A DNA stretch of 64,000 bases, taken from Elusimicrobiota bacterium (GTDB lineage: Bacteria; CG03; SLGR01). This document shows positions 47,622-56,901 of the stretch, piece after piece. The DNA lies in the NCBI GenBank assembly GCA_003553445.1, contig PWEK01000017.1, positions 89 to 64,088 on the forward strand, given 5' to 3'. The notes beneath the pieces are model-generated. The model searched no databases. It had not been told where the DNA came from and worked only from the letters and a program-made list of their open reading frames with translations. Numbering within the stretch: position 1 is the stretch's first letter; each line of letters opens with the position of its first letter. Position numbers and translations under genes: made by a program.

Positions 47622-48128
47622 ATGAATACAGGAGAACTTATTAAGGAATTGGATTGCAAACTTAAAGCCATAGCTTTTAAGCTTGCCCGTCAGTATCAGA
47701 ATTATGATTCTGAAGACCTGCTACAGGAAATGTATTTATACCTGTGGGAAAATTATAATCAACACAGCGGAGAAAACTTAACCAACAGCTATATTCTTCA
47801 GGGATGCTGGTTCCACATAAAGAACTTTATAAGAAATTCTAATAAGAGCTTTTCTCATTACAGCCTGGATTACAGCCCGGAAAAAGGCGAAGGCTGCCTT
47901 GGCGATAGTATTCAGGAAGAAACCGAGGAGGGCCCTTCTTTTGACTTTAATTATTCTGTTTACGAGGTTATGAATAACGGGCTGTCTAAAAGAGAAAAAA
48001 ATATTTTTAGCTTAATACTTGAAGGATACACTTTGAGAGAAATTGGAGAAAAACTCCAAATTTCGCATGTAATGGTTTACAAGATAAAAAACAGAATCAA
48101 GAATAAGACCGAAAAGCATTTTTTCTGA
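47622..48128 (+). CDS. Sigma-70 family (ECF-like) RNA polymerase sigma factor
   Basis: 168 aa. Region 2-like DLLQEMYLYLWENY. Region 4 HTH LSKREKNIFSLILEGYTLREIGEKLQISHVMVYKIKNRI. Confidence 0.7.
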   Translation: MNTGELIKELDCKLKAIAFKLARQYQNYDSEDLLQEMYLYLWENYNQHSGENLTNSYILQGCWFHIKNFIRNSNKSFSHYSLDYSPEKGEGCLGDSIQEETEEGPSFDFNYSVYEVMNNGLSKREKNIFSLILEGYTLREIGEKLQISHVMVYKIKNRIKNKTEKHFF

Positions 48129-48214
48129 AAAGGGGTTAACAAACAGCCCGGTTTTTTACTTGTATAGTTAAAAGACAAGACGCGCCAATGAAGGCGCGGA
48201 AAAAGATTAAAACG

Positions 48215-48267
48215 AAGGCGTTTTATTTACTTTCAATAGGTGAAAGTATTTAAGACGCCTTTTTTTG
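48215..48267 (+). terminator. Long interrupted hairpin plus T-tract between the sigma gene and the porin-amtB operon (terminator or leader attenuator)
   Basis: Outer stem aaggcgt (48215-48221) / acgcctt (48255-48261). Inner 8-bp stem tactttca / tgaaagta. Followed by tttttt. Confidence 0.5.
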
Positions 48268-48296
48268 TTGGTGGTTAAAATAAAAGGAGATGTATT

Positions 48297-48986
48297 ATGA
48301 AAAAATCAGTTGTTTTGTTTGCTTTGTTATTATTTCCCGGGGCAGTTGCGGCCGGGGGAATTTTAGAAGGCACGGGTCTGGGTATAAGCGCTGATATGGG
48401 AGTTTACTCCAGCTTTATATGGAGAGGGTTCGAAATTAGCGAAGACCCTGTTCAGCAGACACAAATTGAGCTCTCTTACGGGCCTCTAAGCGGTGGAGTA
48501 TGGACAAGCGCAGACCTTGCCAGGGAAGCGATTAACGGGGAAATTGACTATTATCTGGAGTTTAGCAGGGATTACGGGGATTTTTCTTTTTCAGCGGGGC
48601 ACATATACTATGTATTTCCTGCGGATGAATCATATACAGCCGAGTTTTTCCTGGGAGCTGCTTACGATATATTTTCTTCGCCTTCCTTTACCCTGTTCAG
48701 CGATTACAAGGATGGTGAAGGAAACTATTTCTTATTTGACTTCACTTTTCCATATACACTCAGCGAGCTGGTTTCAGTAGATCTACTGCTGGCTGCCGGG
48801 ATTAACGACGGGTTGTTTTTAGATGGAACAGGAGGCGACATAACAGGATCTTTATCCTTTAATATGCCGCTATATGAGGGTCTGGATTTTATACCCTCTT
48901 TAAGCTACGTTGTTCCTTTCGGCGACCTGGCGGATGAGGAAGAAGACTCCTTTTTCGGAGGATTTTCACTGGGCTACGGCTTTTAA
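48297..48986 (+). CDS. Small outer-membrane beta-barrel, TorF-like putative porin
   Basis: Signal peptide. GVYSSFIWRGFEISEDPVQQTQIELSYG resembles the TorF/gcw_chp family start (SDYxFRGISQT..PAxQG). Ends GGFSLGYGF. Lies directly upstream of amtB, as is common for this family. Confidence 0.5.
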   Translation: MKKSVVLFALLLFPGAVAAGGILEGTGLGISADMGVYSSFIWRGFEISEDPVQQTQIELSYGPLSGGVWTSADLAREAINGEIDYYLEFSRDYGDFSFSAGHIYYVFPADESYTAEFFLGAAYDIFSSPSFTLFSDYKDGEGNYFLFDFTFPYTLSELVSVDLLLAAGINDGLFLDGTGGDITGSLSFNMPLYEGLDFIPSLSYVVPFGDLADEEEDSFFGGFSLGYGF

Positions 48987-49027
48987 AGGAGGTTGCTGTA
49001 AAGTAAGAACTTTCACGGGAGAAAAAA

Positions 49028-50308
49028 ATGCAAGAAATTATAATGGAAAACAAGGTAATACTTGATACAATATGGGTTTTAATTGCCGGGGCTCTGGTCT
49101 TTTTCATGCAGGCGGGCTTCGCAATGGTCGAGGCCGGATTTACCAGGTCAAAGAACTCTGTCAATATACTGATGAAGAACCTTATGGACTTCAGTGTAGG
49201 CACAATAGCTTTCTGGGCAGTAGGTTTTGGTCTTATGTTCGGGGCAGGCGGGCTTTTTATGGGTACCAGCGGATTTTTTCTAAGAGACAGCGGGAACACT
49301 TTTGCTTCACTGGACTGGACGCCGGTGCCTCTGGTGGTTAAATATTTCTTTCAGCTGGTTTTTGCAGCTACCGCAGCCACAATTGTTTCAGGCGCAATGG
49401 CTGAAAGGACAAAGTTTAAATCATACCTTGTCTACAGCGCTTTTATTACGGCTGTTATATATCCCATATCCGGGTACTGGATATGGGGAGGCGGATGGCT
49501 GGCTGAAATAGGAATGTGGGATTTTGCCGGTTCAAGCGTTGTACACTCCGTAGGAGGGTGGCTGGCGCTTGCCGGAGCGATATTGCTGGGCCCAAGATAT
49601 GGTAAGTATAACCGCGACAGATCCTCAAACGCCATACCCGGGCATAACATACCCCTGGCTGCCCTTGGAGTATTTATACTCTGGCTGGGATGGTTCGGCT
49701 TCAACGCCGGAAGCACAATGGAGGCTGTCATAGATATAGGGCATATAGCCGTAACTACTAATATAGCGGCTGCCGGGGGAGCCATTGCAGCTATGATTAC
49801 AGCATGGGTCATGTTCGGAAAACCAGATATAAGCATGACCTTAAACGGAGCCCTGGGCGGACTGGTTGGAATAACTGCAGGATGCGCTTTTGTTTCCATA
49901 AGCAGCGCCCTTTTCATAGGCCTCATTGCAGGAGTAATAGTTGTTCTGGCGGTTATATTTCTTGATCAGAAATTAAATATTGACGACCCTGTGGGAGCTG
50001 TATCCGTTCACGGAGTCTGCGGGGCGTGGGGCACTCTTGCCCTGGGCTTGTTCGCCCAGGAGTCAATAGCTCCCGGAACTACGGGCAACGGGCTTTTATT
50101 CGGAGGCGGATTCCGGCTGCTCGGAGCGCAATTTGCGGGAGTCCTTGCGATATTTATCTGGTCAATGGCAACCGGACTTGTTCTTTTCTCCCTGATTAAA
50201 AAGTTTATGGGACTGAGAGTTTCAAGGGATGAAGAGCTCAAGGGACTGGATATCGGAGAGCACGGAATGGAATCTTATTCGGGATTCCAGATTTTCACAA
50301 ACGAATAA
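49028..50308 (+). CDS. amtB: Ammonium transporter
   Basis: 426 aa. [44 protein letters not shown] are canonical Amt motifs. Confidence 0.95.
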   Translation: MQEIIMENKVILDTIWVLIAGALVFFMQAGFAMVEAGFTRSKNSVNILMKNLMDFSVGTIAFWAVGFGLMFGAGGLFMGTSGFFLRDSGNTFASLDWTPVPLVVKYFFQLVFAATAATIVSGAMAERTKFKSYLVYSAFITAVIYPISGYWIWGGGWLAEIGMWDFAGSSVVHSVGGWLALAGAILLGPRYGKYNRDRSSNAIPGHNIPLAALGVFILWLGWFGFNAGSTMEAVIDIGHIAVTTNIAAAGGAIAAMITAWVMFGKPDISMTLNGALGGLVGITAGCAFVSISSALFIGLIAGVIVVLAVIFLDQKLNIDDPVGAVSVHGVCGAWGTLALGLFAQESIAPGTTGNGLLFGGGFRLLGAQFAGVLAIFIWSMATGLVLFSLIKKFMGLRVSRDEELKGLDIGEHGMESYSGFQIFTNE

Positions 50309-50318
50309 GGAGGTTCAT

Positions 50319-50660
50319 ATGAAACTTATAACCGCAATGATTCAGCCCCATAAGCTCCCTGACGTAAAAAAGGAGTTATATGATAAGGGCATTTACAAAA
50401 TGACTGTCACCAACGCTCTGGGAGCGGGACAGCAGAAGGGATACACCGAAACCTACAGAGGAGTGATACAGGAAGTAAACCTTCTGAAGAAAGTAAGGCT
50501 GGATATAGCTGTAAACGAAGACTACCTTCAGCCGGCGGTGGATGCCGTTATAAAAGGGGCTAGAACGGGTGAAATAGGAGACGGTAAAATTCTTATTACA
50601 GAGCTTAAGGACTGTATAAGAATAAGAACAGGAGAAAAAGGTCCTAAGGCAATAGGCTAA
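50319..50660 (+). CDS. glnB: P-II nitrogen regulatory protein
   Basis: RBS AAGGAGG, then ATG 50319. [35 protein letters not shown] (T-loop with Tyr)..[10 protein letters not shown]. 113 aa. The track's 143-aa version overlaps amtB. Confidence 0.9.
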   Translation: MKLITAMIQPHKLPDVKKELYDKGIYKMTVTNALGAGQQKGYTETYRGVIQEVNLLKKVRLDIAVNEDYLQPAVDAVIKGARTGEIGDGKILITELKDCIRIRTGEKGPKAIG

Positions 50661-50685
50661 AGGAAATAAACTCAGAGGAGGAGTT

Positions 50686-52026
50686 ATGAGAAAAAGAGAT
50701 TATTCGGCGCAGGATGTGCTGAAAACTGTAAAAGAAAAAGAGGTGAAGTTTATCAAGTTCTGGTTTGTGGATATACTGGGACAGGTTAAATCCTTTGCGG
50801 TAACGCCAGACGAACTTCCGTCGGCTATGGAGGACGGAATGGGTTTTGACGGCTCATCTATTGAGGGTTTCGCAAGAATTTTCGAAAGCGACCTGATAGG
50901 AAAGCCCGACCCGTCTACATTTACTATACTGCCCTGGCGGCCGGGTGAGAAAGCCGTGGTGGGAAGAATGTTCTGCGATGTTCTGACCCCTGACGGCAAG
51001 CCCTATGAAGGATGCCCCAGGAACATTCTTAAAAAGAACCTTGAAATGATGAAGAAGGCAGGGTTTGACGCCTTTAACGTGGGGCCTGAACTGGAGTACT
51101 TTTACTTTAAAAACGACAAGAGCCCGGAAGTTATGGATGAGGGAGGCTATTTTGACCTGATGCCCCTTGACCTGGGACATGACCTCAGGAGAGACACCAT
51201 TCTTGCGCTCCAGGAAATGGGAATACCGGTTGAATATTCACACCATGAAGTGGCTCCGGGACAGCACGAGATAGACCTCCGCTACGGACCGGCCCTTGAA
51301 ATGGCTGATGATGTAATTACCTACAAGGCCACCGTAAAGGCAATAGCAATGCAAAGTGATGCTTACGCGTCTTTTATGCCCAAACCCATATCGGGCGTAA
51401 ACGGCAGCGGAATGCATACTCACATGTCTCTTTTTAATAAGGGTAAGAATGCATTCTATAAAGAAGGAGAGCCCTATCATCTATCACCGGAGGCAAGGCA
51501 TTTCATGGCCGGTGTTTTAAAGCATTCGGCAGAAATATGCGCCATAACCAACCAGTGGGTTAATTCCTACAAGCGCCTGATTCCCGGTTATGAAGCTCCG
51601 GTATATATAGTGTGGGGACAGAAAAACCGTTCCGCATTAGTCAGGGTTCCCATGTACAAACCGGGACAGGAAAAAGCTACAAGAATAGAGCTCAGGTTTC
51701 CCGATCCGGCATGCAACCCCTACCTGGCCTTTTCTGTCATGCTGGCTGCCGGACTGGAGGGAATAAAAAACAAATACCCCCTGAAGGATGCCTCGGAGAT
51801 TGATATGTTTAAGCTGAGCCCTGAAGAGATGAAGAAAAAGGGTATAGACACCCTTCCCGGAAGCCTGATAGAGGCTATACATGTTGCCGAGAATTCGGAT
51901 TTTCTCAGGTCAGCTCTTGGAGAGCATGTGTTTGAAAAGTTCATGGAAAACAAAAAAATAGAATGGGACAGATACAGGACCCAGGTCAGCGACTACGAGC
52001 TGAACGCCTATCTTCCTATTTTATAA
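50686..52026 (+). CDS. glnA: Glutamine synthetase, type I
   Basis: 446 aa. VKFIKFWFVDILGQ, GFDGSSIEGF, GPELEYF, HHEVAPGQHEI, NGSGMHTHMSL, SYKRLIPGYEAP, RVELRFPD-like motifs. Confidence 0.95.
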   Translation: MRKRDYSAQDVLKTVKEKEVKFIKFWFVDILGQVKSFAVTPDELPSAMEDGMGFDGSSIEGFARIFESDLIGKPDPSTFTILPWRPGEKAVVGRMFCDVLTPDGKPYEGCPRNILKKNLEMMKKAGFDAFNVGPELEYFYFKNDKSPEVMDEGGYFDLMPLDLGHDLRRDTILALQEMGIPVEYSHHEVAPGQHEIDLRYGPALEMADDVITYKATVKAIAMQSDAYASFMPKPISGVNGSGMHTHMSLFNKGKNAFYKEGEPYHLSPEARHFMAGVLKHSAEICAITNQWVNSYKRLIPGYEAPVYIVWGQKNRSALVRVPMYKPGQEKATRIELRFPDPACNPYLAFSVMLAAGLEGIKNKYPLKDASEIDMFKLSPEEMKKKGIDTLPGSLIEAIHVAENSDFLRSALGEHVFEKFMENKKIEWDRYRTQVSDYELNAYLPIL

Positions 52027-52034
52027 TCGAACCT

Positions 52035-52772
52035 ATGATGAAAAATGAAAATCGCCTGAGGCGCCTTAAGGGTTTCATAAGAGAAAATGTGAAGGCTGCC
52101 GGTAAAAAAGGAGTAGTAATAGGCGTCTCGGGCGGCGTGGATTCGGCAGCCTGCTTATATCTTGCAGTATCGGCCCTGGGCAAAGAAAACTGCCTGGCAT
52201 TTCATATGCCCCATGACGGAAGAACAATGAACCCGGAGGTGAAACTGATAACAAATAAGCTTAAAGTCAGTCTCAGCACATATGACATAAGCCGCATTAT
52301 AAGTATTTTTTCAGGAATGACCGGAGAAACAGACCCTCTTATGATTGGAAATTTTGCCGCACGCATTCGCAGCGCTTTCCTGTACAGAGAAGCGGCCTCA
52401 AGGAATATGCTGGTTATGAATACCTCTAACAGAAGTGAAATAATGACCGGGTATTTTACCAAATGGGGCGATGAAGCTGGAGATATAAGCCCATTCGGAA
52501 ATTACTACAAAAGCGAGGTTTACGAAATGGCCTCATCCCTGGGAGTCCCCGAAAAGATTCTTCAGAAACCCCCTTCCCCTGATTTTTTCCAGGGGCAAAG
52601 GGACGAAGAAGAACTGGGCATTTCATACCGGGAGCTTGACTGCGCCCTGGCCTGTGATGGAAAAGGAGAGGAGGAAAAAGCAGATGCAGAGCTGCTTTTG
52701 AAAGTCAGAGAACTGAAAGAAAAAAGCTCTCACAAGAGAAATTCCCCTATCAGGGCTTTAAGATTTGATTAG
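52035..52772 (+). CDS. nadE: NH3-dependent NAD+ synthetase
   Basis: PP-loop VIGVSGGVDSA. TGYFTKWGDEAGDISPFGNYYKSEV. 245 aa from ATG 52035; the longer track ORF overlaps glnA. Confidence 0.85.
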   Translation: MMKNENRLRRLKGFIRENVKAAGKKGVVIGVSGGVDSAACLYLAVSALGKENCLAFHMPHDGRTMNPEVKLITNKLKVSLSTYDISRIISIFSGMTGETDPLMIGNFAARIRSAFLYREAASRNMLVMNTSNRSEIMTGYFTKWGDEAGDISPFGNYYKSEVYEMASSLGVPEKILQKPPSPDFFQGQRDEEELGISYRELDCALACDGKGEEEKADAELLLKVRELKEKSSHKRNSPIRALRFD

Positions 52773-52782
52773 CATATTTTTA

Positions 52783-55356
52783 TCAGGTCCTGTAAACGCA
52801 GATAAGCTTTCTGGATATAATATCCGAAAGGAGCTTCATCTCTTTTCCTGATACATCGTAAACCCCGATAACACCCTTAAATTTTTCCTGACGGGGCAGC
52901 AGCTTGCTTAAAGTGTTTTCAAGAGAGTTCAGAAAATCCCTGTCCGGTCCCCGGGAGCCCTCTTCTCCTGAAAGCCCGGCGTAAAAAATATCTGCTTCAA
53001 CGATATCCTGGAAAAAATGGGTGCCGAATGAGAATTCGGGCATAACGCCCTCTTCCGGAAGCGCTGTCTCAATAAGAAAGCTAAAATTATTGATTTCATA
53101 GAAGTTTACGCATACCCCCAGAGAAGGGGTGGTGGTTCCCCACCTTCCGGGACCTATAAGCATGGAGGGGGTTCTGTTTTTGTCTATTACCCGGTTCAGT
53201 CTTCCGATTATCCTGGCGGTTTCATATTTATCTTCCCGGTTCAGGTTCATATAAGAGCGGGGATTTACATATATTATTCGCTCTACAGGCATTGAAACGT
53301 TTCCCCCTATAAAGTTTCCCCTGGATTTGAAGAATACGCCCATATTTTCCGAAGCCGATTCTATGGCTATTCTTTTTCCTGCAGCTTTTGTCTGAAGGGG
53401 CCTGCACTGAAGGAGGTTTATGAAAAAGCGCTGCTCACCGAAATTTAATGTGAACTCTATCTCTACGGGATATTCATAGGCCTTTTCAAGTGTCTTGAGC
53501 ATCCCTCTGAATGCAGATACAATATCTTTTCTTTTTAAAAGCCCGTTCAGGGTAAGAATCGGATAGCTCTTTCTTTTCAGAGCCCTGGCGGTCTCGTAAT
53601 CGTTATCGCACATCAGTTCAGTATCTATACCCTTTAGCTGATCCGACAGATCCAGAAAATTTAAAGAGGAAAGAGAATTCTTTTCGATATTTATAAGATC
53701 AACCTTCCTTTGAGAAAACCTTTTGAAGTCATCCCTGGTTGAGTAGGGGCGTATGCCGGGGTTATCAAGAGCGGCCATCCGGGGGTAGTCCCCTTCCACC
53801 CTGTTTACAGCCCTGGTGCCAAGGCCGAATACAATCCTCAGCATCCCCGCATCCGGAGAGAGCTTTTCGTTCCATACATAGGTATTATGGGAAAAACCCA
53901 CCCCTGCAGCGTCGGGAAAGAAATATCTTTTATGATGAGAGCCGGAAACACGCTGCACCAGAAGCGCCATCTGCTCACGTGATTCATGCAAATTTTTGAC
54001 TTTGCGATAAGTAAGAGCATCCCTGCTCATTGTGCTGGCATAAACCTTTCTTACAGCATCTTCAAAGGCCTCATATCTTTGGGAGGGCGTTCCGCGATTG
54101 GCGCAGAATATGCTTTCATACTTCCCGGCAAAAGCGTTTCCAAAAGCATCCTCCAGGAGAGAGCTGGACCTTACAATTACGGGAGAAGCACCGAAGTATT
54201 CAACTATCTGCTGAAACTGCTCTTTAACCTCGTCGGGGAAAAAGCCCTTCAAAAGTCTCTCTTGCAGTTCCTCCCCCGACTTAAAATAACTATCGAGGTT
54301 TTTCTGCTTCATGTGAAGCTTCCACAGCTTGTTTTCAACAATATAGGAATTGAATATATCCGAACCCACATAAAAAGAATCATGGGCCTCTGATATATCA
54401 TCCCATTTAAGCTTTTTATCCCGGGAAAGAATCTTTCGCGCCAGAAGCATGCCGGCGGACTTTCCTCCTATAAAACCTGTACCTATAAAACGGTCCTTTA
54501 TCTCAAGTAAATCCTTTAAGCTGAGGTATTTCTTTGCAAGCGACAGTATACGGGGGTTTTCACTAATCATCATCGAACATATCCTGTCCCGCATTCGGCA
54601 GGCGGCTTCATCTCCACAGGTATTATCCGCCAGCTCCCCTGCCCGGATAAAAAGCCTGTCCCAATAATCCAGTTTTCCTTTAACCGGCCCGCTTCCCTTT
54701 TTATCTATATTTGAAAAAAGCTTTACAATTTTTACGCTGTCAGTGACCGGCTTAAACTTCTCTCCGCTCTGAAGATGAGGAAGAAACATTGTGTGGGAAT
54801 ACCTGTTTTCAACCTTAAGGGGGTGAATATAAAAATCCCCTTCAAACCGGTATGCATCTATCAACAGCTGAGTTGTTTTGCGTATCCTGGAAATAGCCTT
54901 GTCCGAGTGGCTGTTTCGCATTACCGAAAAATACGCGATGGTTTCCAGCTCAAAAAGACGGGGACAGATAACCATGAAAAAGTTGCCTATCATCAGGTCA
55001 TTTGCCCATGAGGAAAGAAGCTCCGACAGACAGTCAAAAACATAGTAAACCTCTTTTCCCTGTCTCTCGATTTCATAATTAACCCTTGAGGTAAAAGATT
55101 CAAAACCCTCTCCCGGGTCAAAGTCGAACCTCTCAATTCCGTCCCGGTCGGGAAGGATTTCCTCATGGGAAGCAAAGCGAAAGTAAACAACTTTCCTATT
55201 ATCATCAAGAGCTTTAAAAGCAAAAGAGCCGGCGAGATACCTGTAATCATCTATGCTGTCTATCTGCCAGACAACATTGTCCCCTATATTGAGCCCTTTT
55301 ATTTTTTCATCAATTCCCGGAACCCCGGTTGAGTAATATTCCATTTTATTTTTCAC
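52783..55356 (-). CDS. Fusion of degenerate KaiC/RecA-like domain with PEP/pyruvate-binding (PPDK_N, PEP-synthase-like ATP-grasp) domain
   Basis: 857 aa. The N-terminus YSTGVPGIDEKIKGLNIGDNVVWQID follows the KaiC-type STGIPGLD..G start, but no GxxGxGK[ST] follows. YYVFDCLSELL is Walker-B-like. The middle FIGGKSAGMLLARKIL is PPDK_N-like. The C-terminus is GPGRWGTTTPSLGV..FGTHFFQD. Confidence 0.6.
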   Translation of the reverse strand: MKNKMEYYSTGVPGIDEKIKGLNIGDNVVWQIDSIDDYRYLAGSFAFKALDDNRKVVYFRFASHEEILPDRDGIERFDFDPGEGFESFTSRVNYEIERQGKEVYYVFDCLSELLSSWANDLMIGNFFMVICPRLFELETIAYFSVMRNSHSDKAISRIRKTTQLLIDAYRFEGDFYIHPLKVENRYSHTMFLPHLQSGEKFKPVTDSVKIVKLFSNIDKKGSGPVKGKLDYWDRLFIRAGELADNTCGDEAACRMRDRICSMMISENPRILSLAKKYLSLKDLLEIKDRFIGTGFIGGKSAGMLLARKILSRDKKLKWDDISEAHDSFYVGSDIFNSYIVENKLWKLHMKQKNLDSYFKSGEELQERLLKGFFPDEVKEQFQQIVEYFGASPVIVRSSSLLEDAFGNAFAGKYESIFCANRGTPSQRYEAFEDAVRKVYASTMSRDALTYRKVKNLHESREQMALLVQRVSGSHHKRYFFPDAAGVGFSHNTYVWNEKLSPDAGMLRIVFGLGTRAVNRVEGDYPRMAALDNPGIRPYSTRDDFKRFSQRKVDLINIEKNSLSSLNFLDLSDQLKGIDTELMCDNDYETARALKRKSYPILTLNGLLKRKDIVSAFRGMLKTLEKAYEYPVEIEFTLNFGEQRFFINLLQCRPLQTKAAGKRIAIESASENMGVFFKSRGNFIGGNVSMPVERIIYVNPRSYMNLNREDKYETARIIGRLNRVIDKNRTPSMLIGPGRWGTTTPSLGVCVNFYEINNFSFLIETALPEEGVMPEFSFGTHFFQDIVEADIFYAGLSGEEGSRGPDRDFLNSLENTLSKLLPRQEKFKGVIGVYDVSGKEMKLLSDIISRKLICVYRT

Positions 55357-55499
55357 TACAATATTCCTTTCCCTTTCTACGGAATAAAAAAAGATGGTTC
55401 AGAACTTCTTCTTATTTAGCTCCAAACCTTTGAAACTGTTTTTCCAATTAACTTCAATGCCTTCCTTAAAAACTTACAGCTCATCATTAATGCAGTTAT

Positions 55500-56003
55500 C
55501 TATAATTTCCTGCTGTCGTACGCCCAGTGAAGAAGAACCTGTCTTTGCTTCGGTCGGCATGAGAAATCCCCCGGAGAACAGTTCTTTTTAATCTGGGCCC
55601 TGTGACGTTTTATAGCTTTCCAGCGTTTTATCTGTCTGCCGTCATCAGGGCATCTGCGCCCCATATAGTATCTGCAGTACCACTGAAACCACCCTCGCGG
55701 GTCATCCGGGTAAATCCAGCCTTTTTCTCTCCAGTAAGACAACGGTTGTGAGGCATTTACTTTAAAGAAATTAAGCTCCGGATCGTGCCGCTTGTGACAC
55801 AGCCTGGCATTTTTAAACCAGGAGTCCGGAAACTCATTACGGCAATCCGTCATATACTTCCCTCCAAAAACACCCAGCTTAAGCATCTGGGCCGGAGTCA
55901 ACTCAGGCTTGAATTCAGGTGAAAAATTTTTACCAACAGGCTCAGAAAGCCAGTACTCGTAGCCGCTTTGCATTAAGTCATTAACAACTATTTTTTTATT
56001 CAT
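55500..56003 (-). CDS. Conserved hypothetical Trp/Cys/Arg-rich protein
   Basis: 167-aa ORF with a distinctive DPRGWFQWYCRYYMGRRCPDDGRQIKRWKAIKRH block. I cannot name a family with confidence. Confidence 0.5.
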   Translation of the reverse strand: MNKKIVVNDLMQSGYEYWLSEPVGKNFSPEFKPELTPAQMLKLGVFGGKYMTDCRNEFPDSWFKNARLCHKRHDPELNFFKVNASQPLSYWREKGWIYPDDPRGWFQWYCRYYMGRRCPDDGRQIKRWKAIKRHRAQIKKNCSPGDFSCRPKQRQVLLHWAYDSRKL

Positions 56004-56222
56004 AAAAGAGCTCTCCTATGCATTAAGCCTGTTTTTTTAAAAATTCTTAACCTTTTATTTATCCGCATATATACTCATTATTAAACTTTTTAATCACTCT
56101 TGCAAGAGAGATGAAATACACAGATTTACGAAAACGTAATTATAATTCCGGCAGGCTTTTTAATTTGGAATATATTTAATATAATTATCAGTATTGTTGC
56201 GCAGGAAAAAGGAGTATAGCAA

Positions 56223-56480
56223 ATGAACTGTAAAGAAATTATGGGTATCTGTATTGAAAACAGAGAGAAAGAAGCCGGGAAAGTGCAGGAAGTTCTTACA
56301 AAATACGGGTGTAATATAAAAACAAGAATAGGCCTTCACGATACCGGAAGCGAAAGCTGCAGCGTCAGCGGCATAATTATTCTTGAATTATGCGGAAGCG
56401 CCGAAGAACAGGAAAACCTGAAAAAAGAGCTTGAACATATTAAGGAAGTTAAGATCGGCAAGATGATATTTGATGAATAG
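56223..56480 (+). CDS. Small ACT/NikR-C-like protein (TM1266-type putative regulator)
   Basis: 85 aa. IMGICIENREKEAGKVQEVLTKYGCNIKTRIGLHD..SGIIILEL matches my recollection of the TM1266 family pattern. RBS AAGGAG. Confidence 0.45.
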   Translation: MNCKEIMGICIENREKEAGKVQEVLTKYGCNIKTRIGLHDTGSESCSVSGIIILELCGSAEEQENLKKELEHIKEVKIGKMIFDE

Positions 56481-56901
56481 ATGCCTTTTGGCAATTCTTT
56501 TAAGTTTCCTTTTTTTAGCCGGATGTAACAGAAAAGGAGCAGGGCAAAGTATCGATTTGGAGAAACATGCCGCTACGAAAAACATTTCTTCCCGGAAAGC
56601 CCGAAAACTGATAAAGAAAAACCGCGAGAACCCCGATTTTGTAATAATAGATGTAAGAACAGAGAGTGAATTCAAACAGGGTCATATAGAAAACTCATTA
56701 AATATTGACTTCTTTTCTTCTGATTTCAATATAATAATTGAAGAGCTGAAAAGGAAAAATACTTATCTTGTATATTGCGCAGCCGGAGTAAGAAGCCTCA
56801 TCGTAATGAAAATAATGGAAGATAAAGGGTTTCCCCGCGTTTATAATCTGGAGAGAGGATTAAACAGATGGAAAGCAAAAGGATTTCACCTGGAGGATTA
56901 A
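56470..56901 (+). CDS. Rhodanese-domain lipoprotein (sulfurtransferase-like)
   Basis: Lipobox FLAGC. VIIDVRTESEFKQGHIENSLNI. Active-site loop YCAAGVRS. Confidence 0.8.
   Translation: MMNRCLLAILLSFLFLAGCNRKGAGQSIDLEKHAATKNISSRKARKLIKKNRENPDFVIIDVRTESEFKQGHIENSLNIDFFSSDFNIIIEELKRKNTYLVYCAAGVRSLIVMKIMEDKGFPRVYNLERGLNRWKAKGFHLED

Noticed and set aside
50229-50660. 143-aa version of the P-II ORF, and the 269-aa version of NadE (51963-52772)
   Set aside because: The extensions overlap the preceding genes (amtB, glnA) and add non-homologous residues. Internal ATGs at 50319 (with AAGGAGG) and 52035 give canonical-length proteins.
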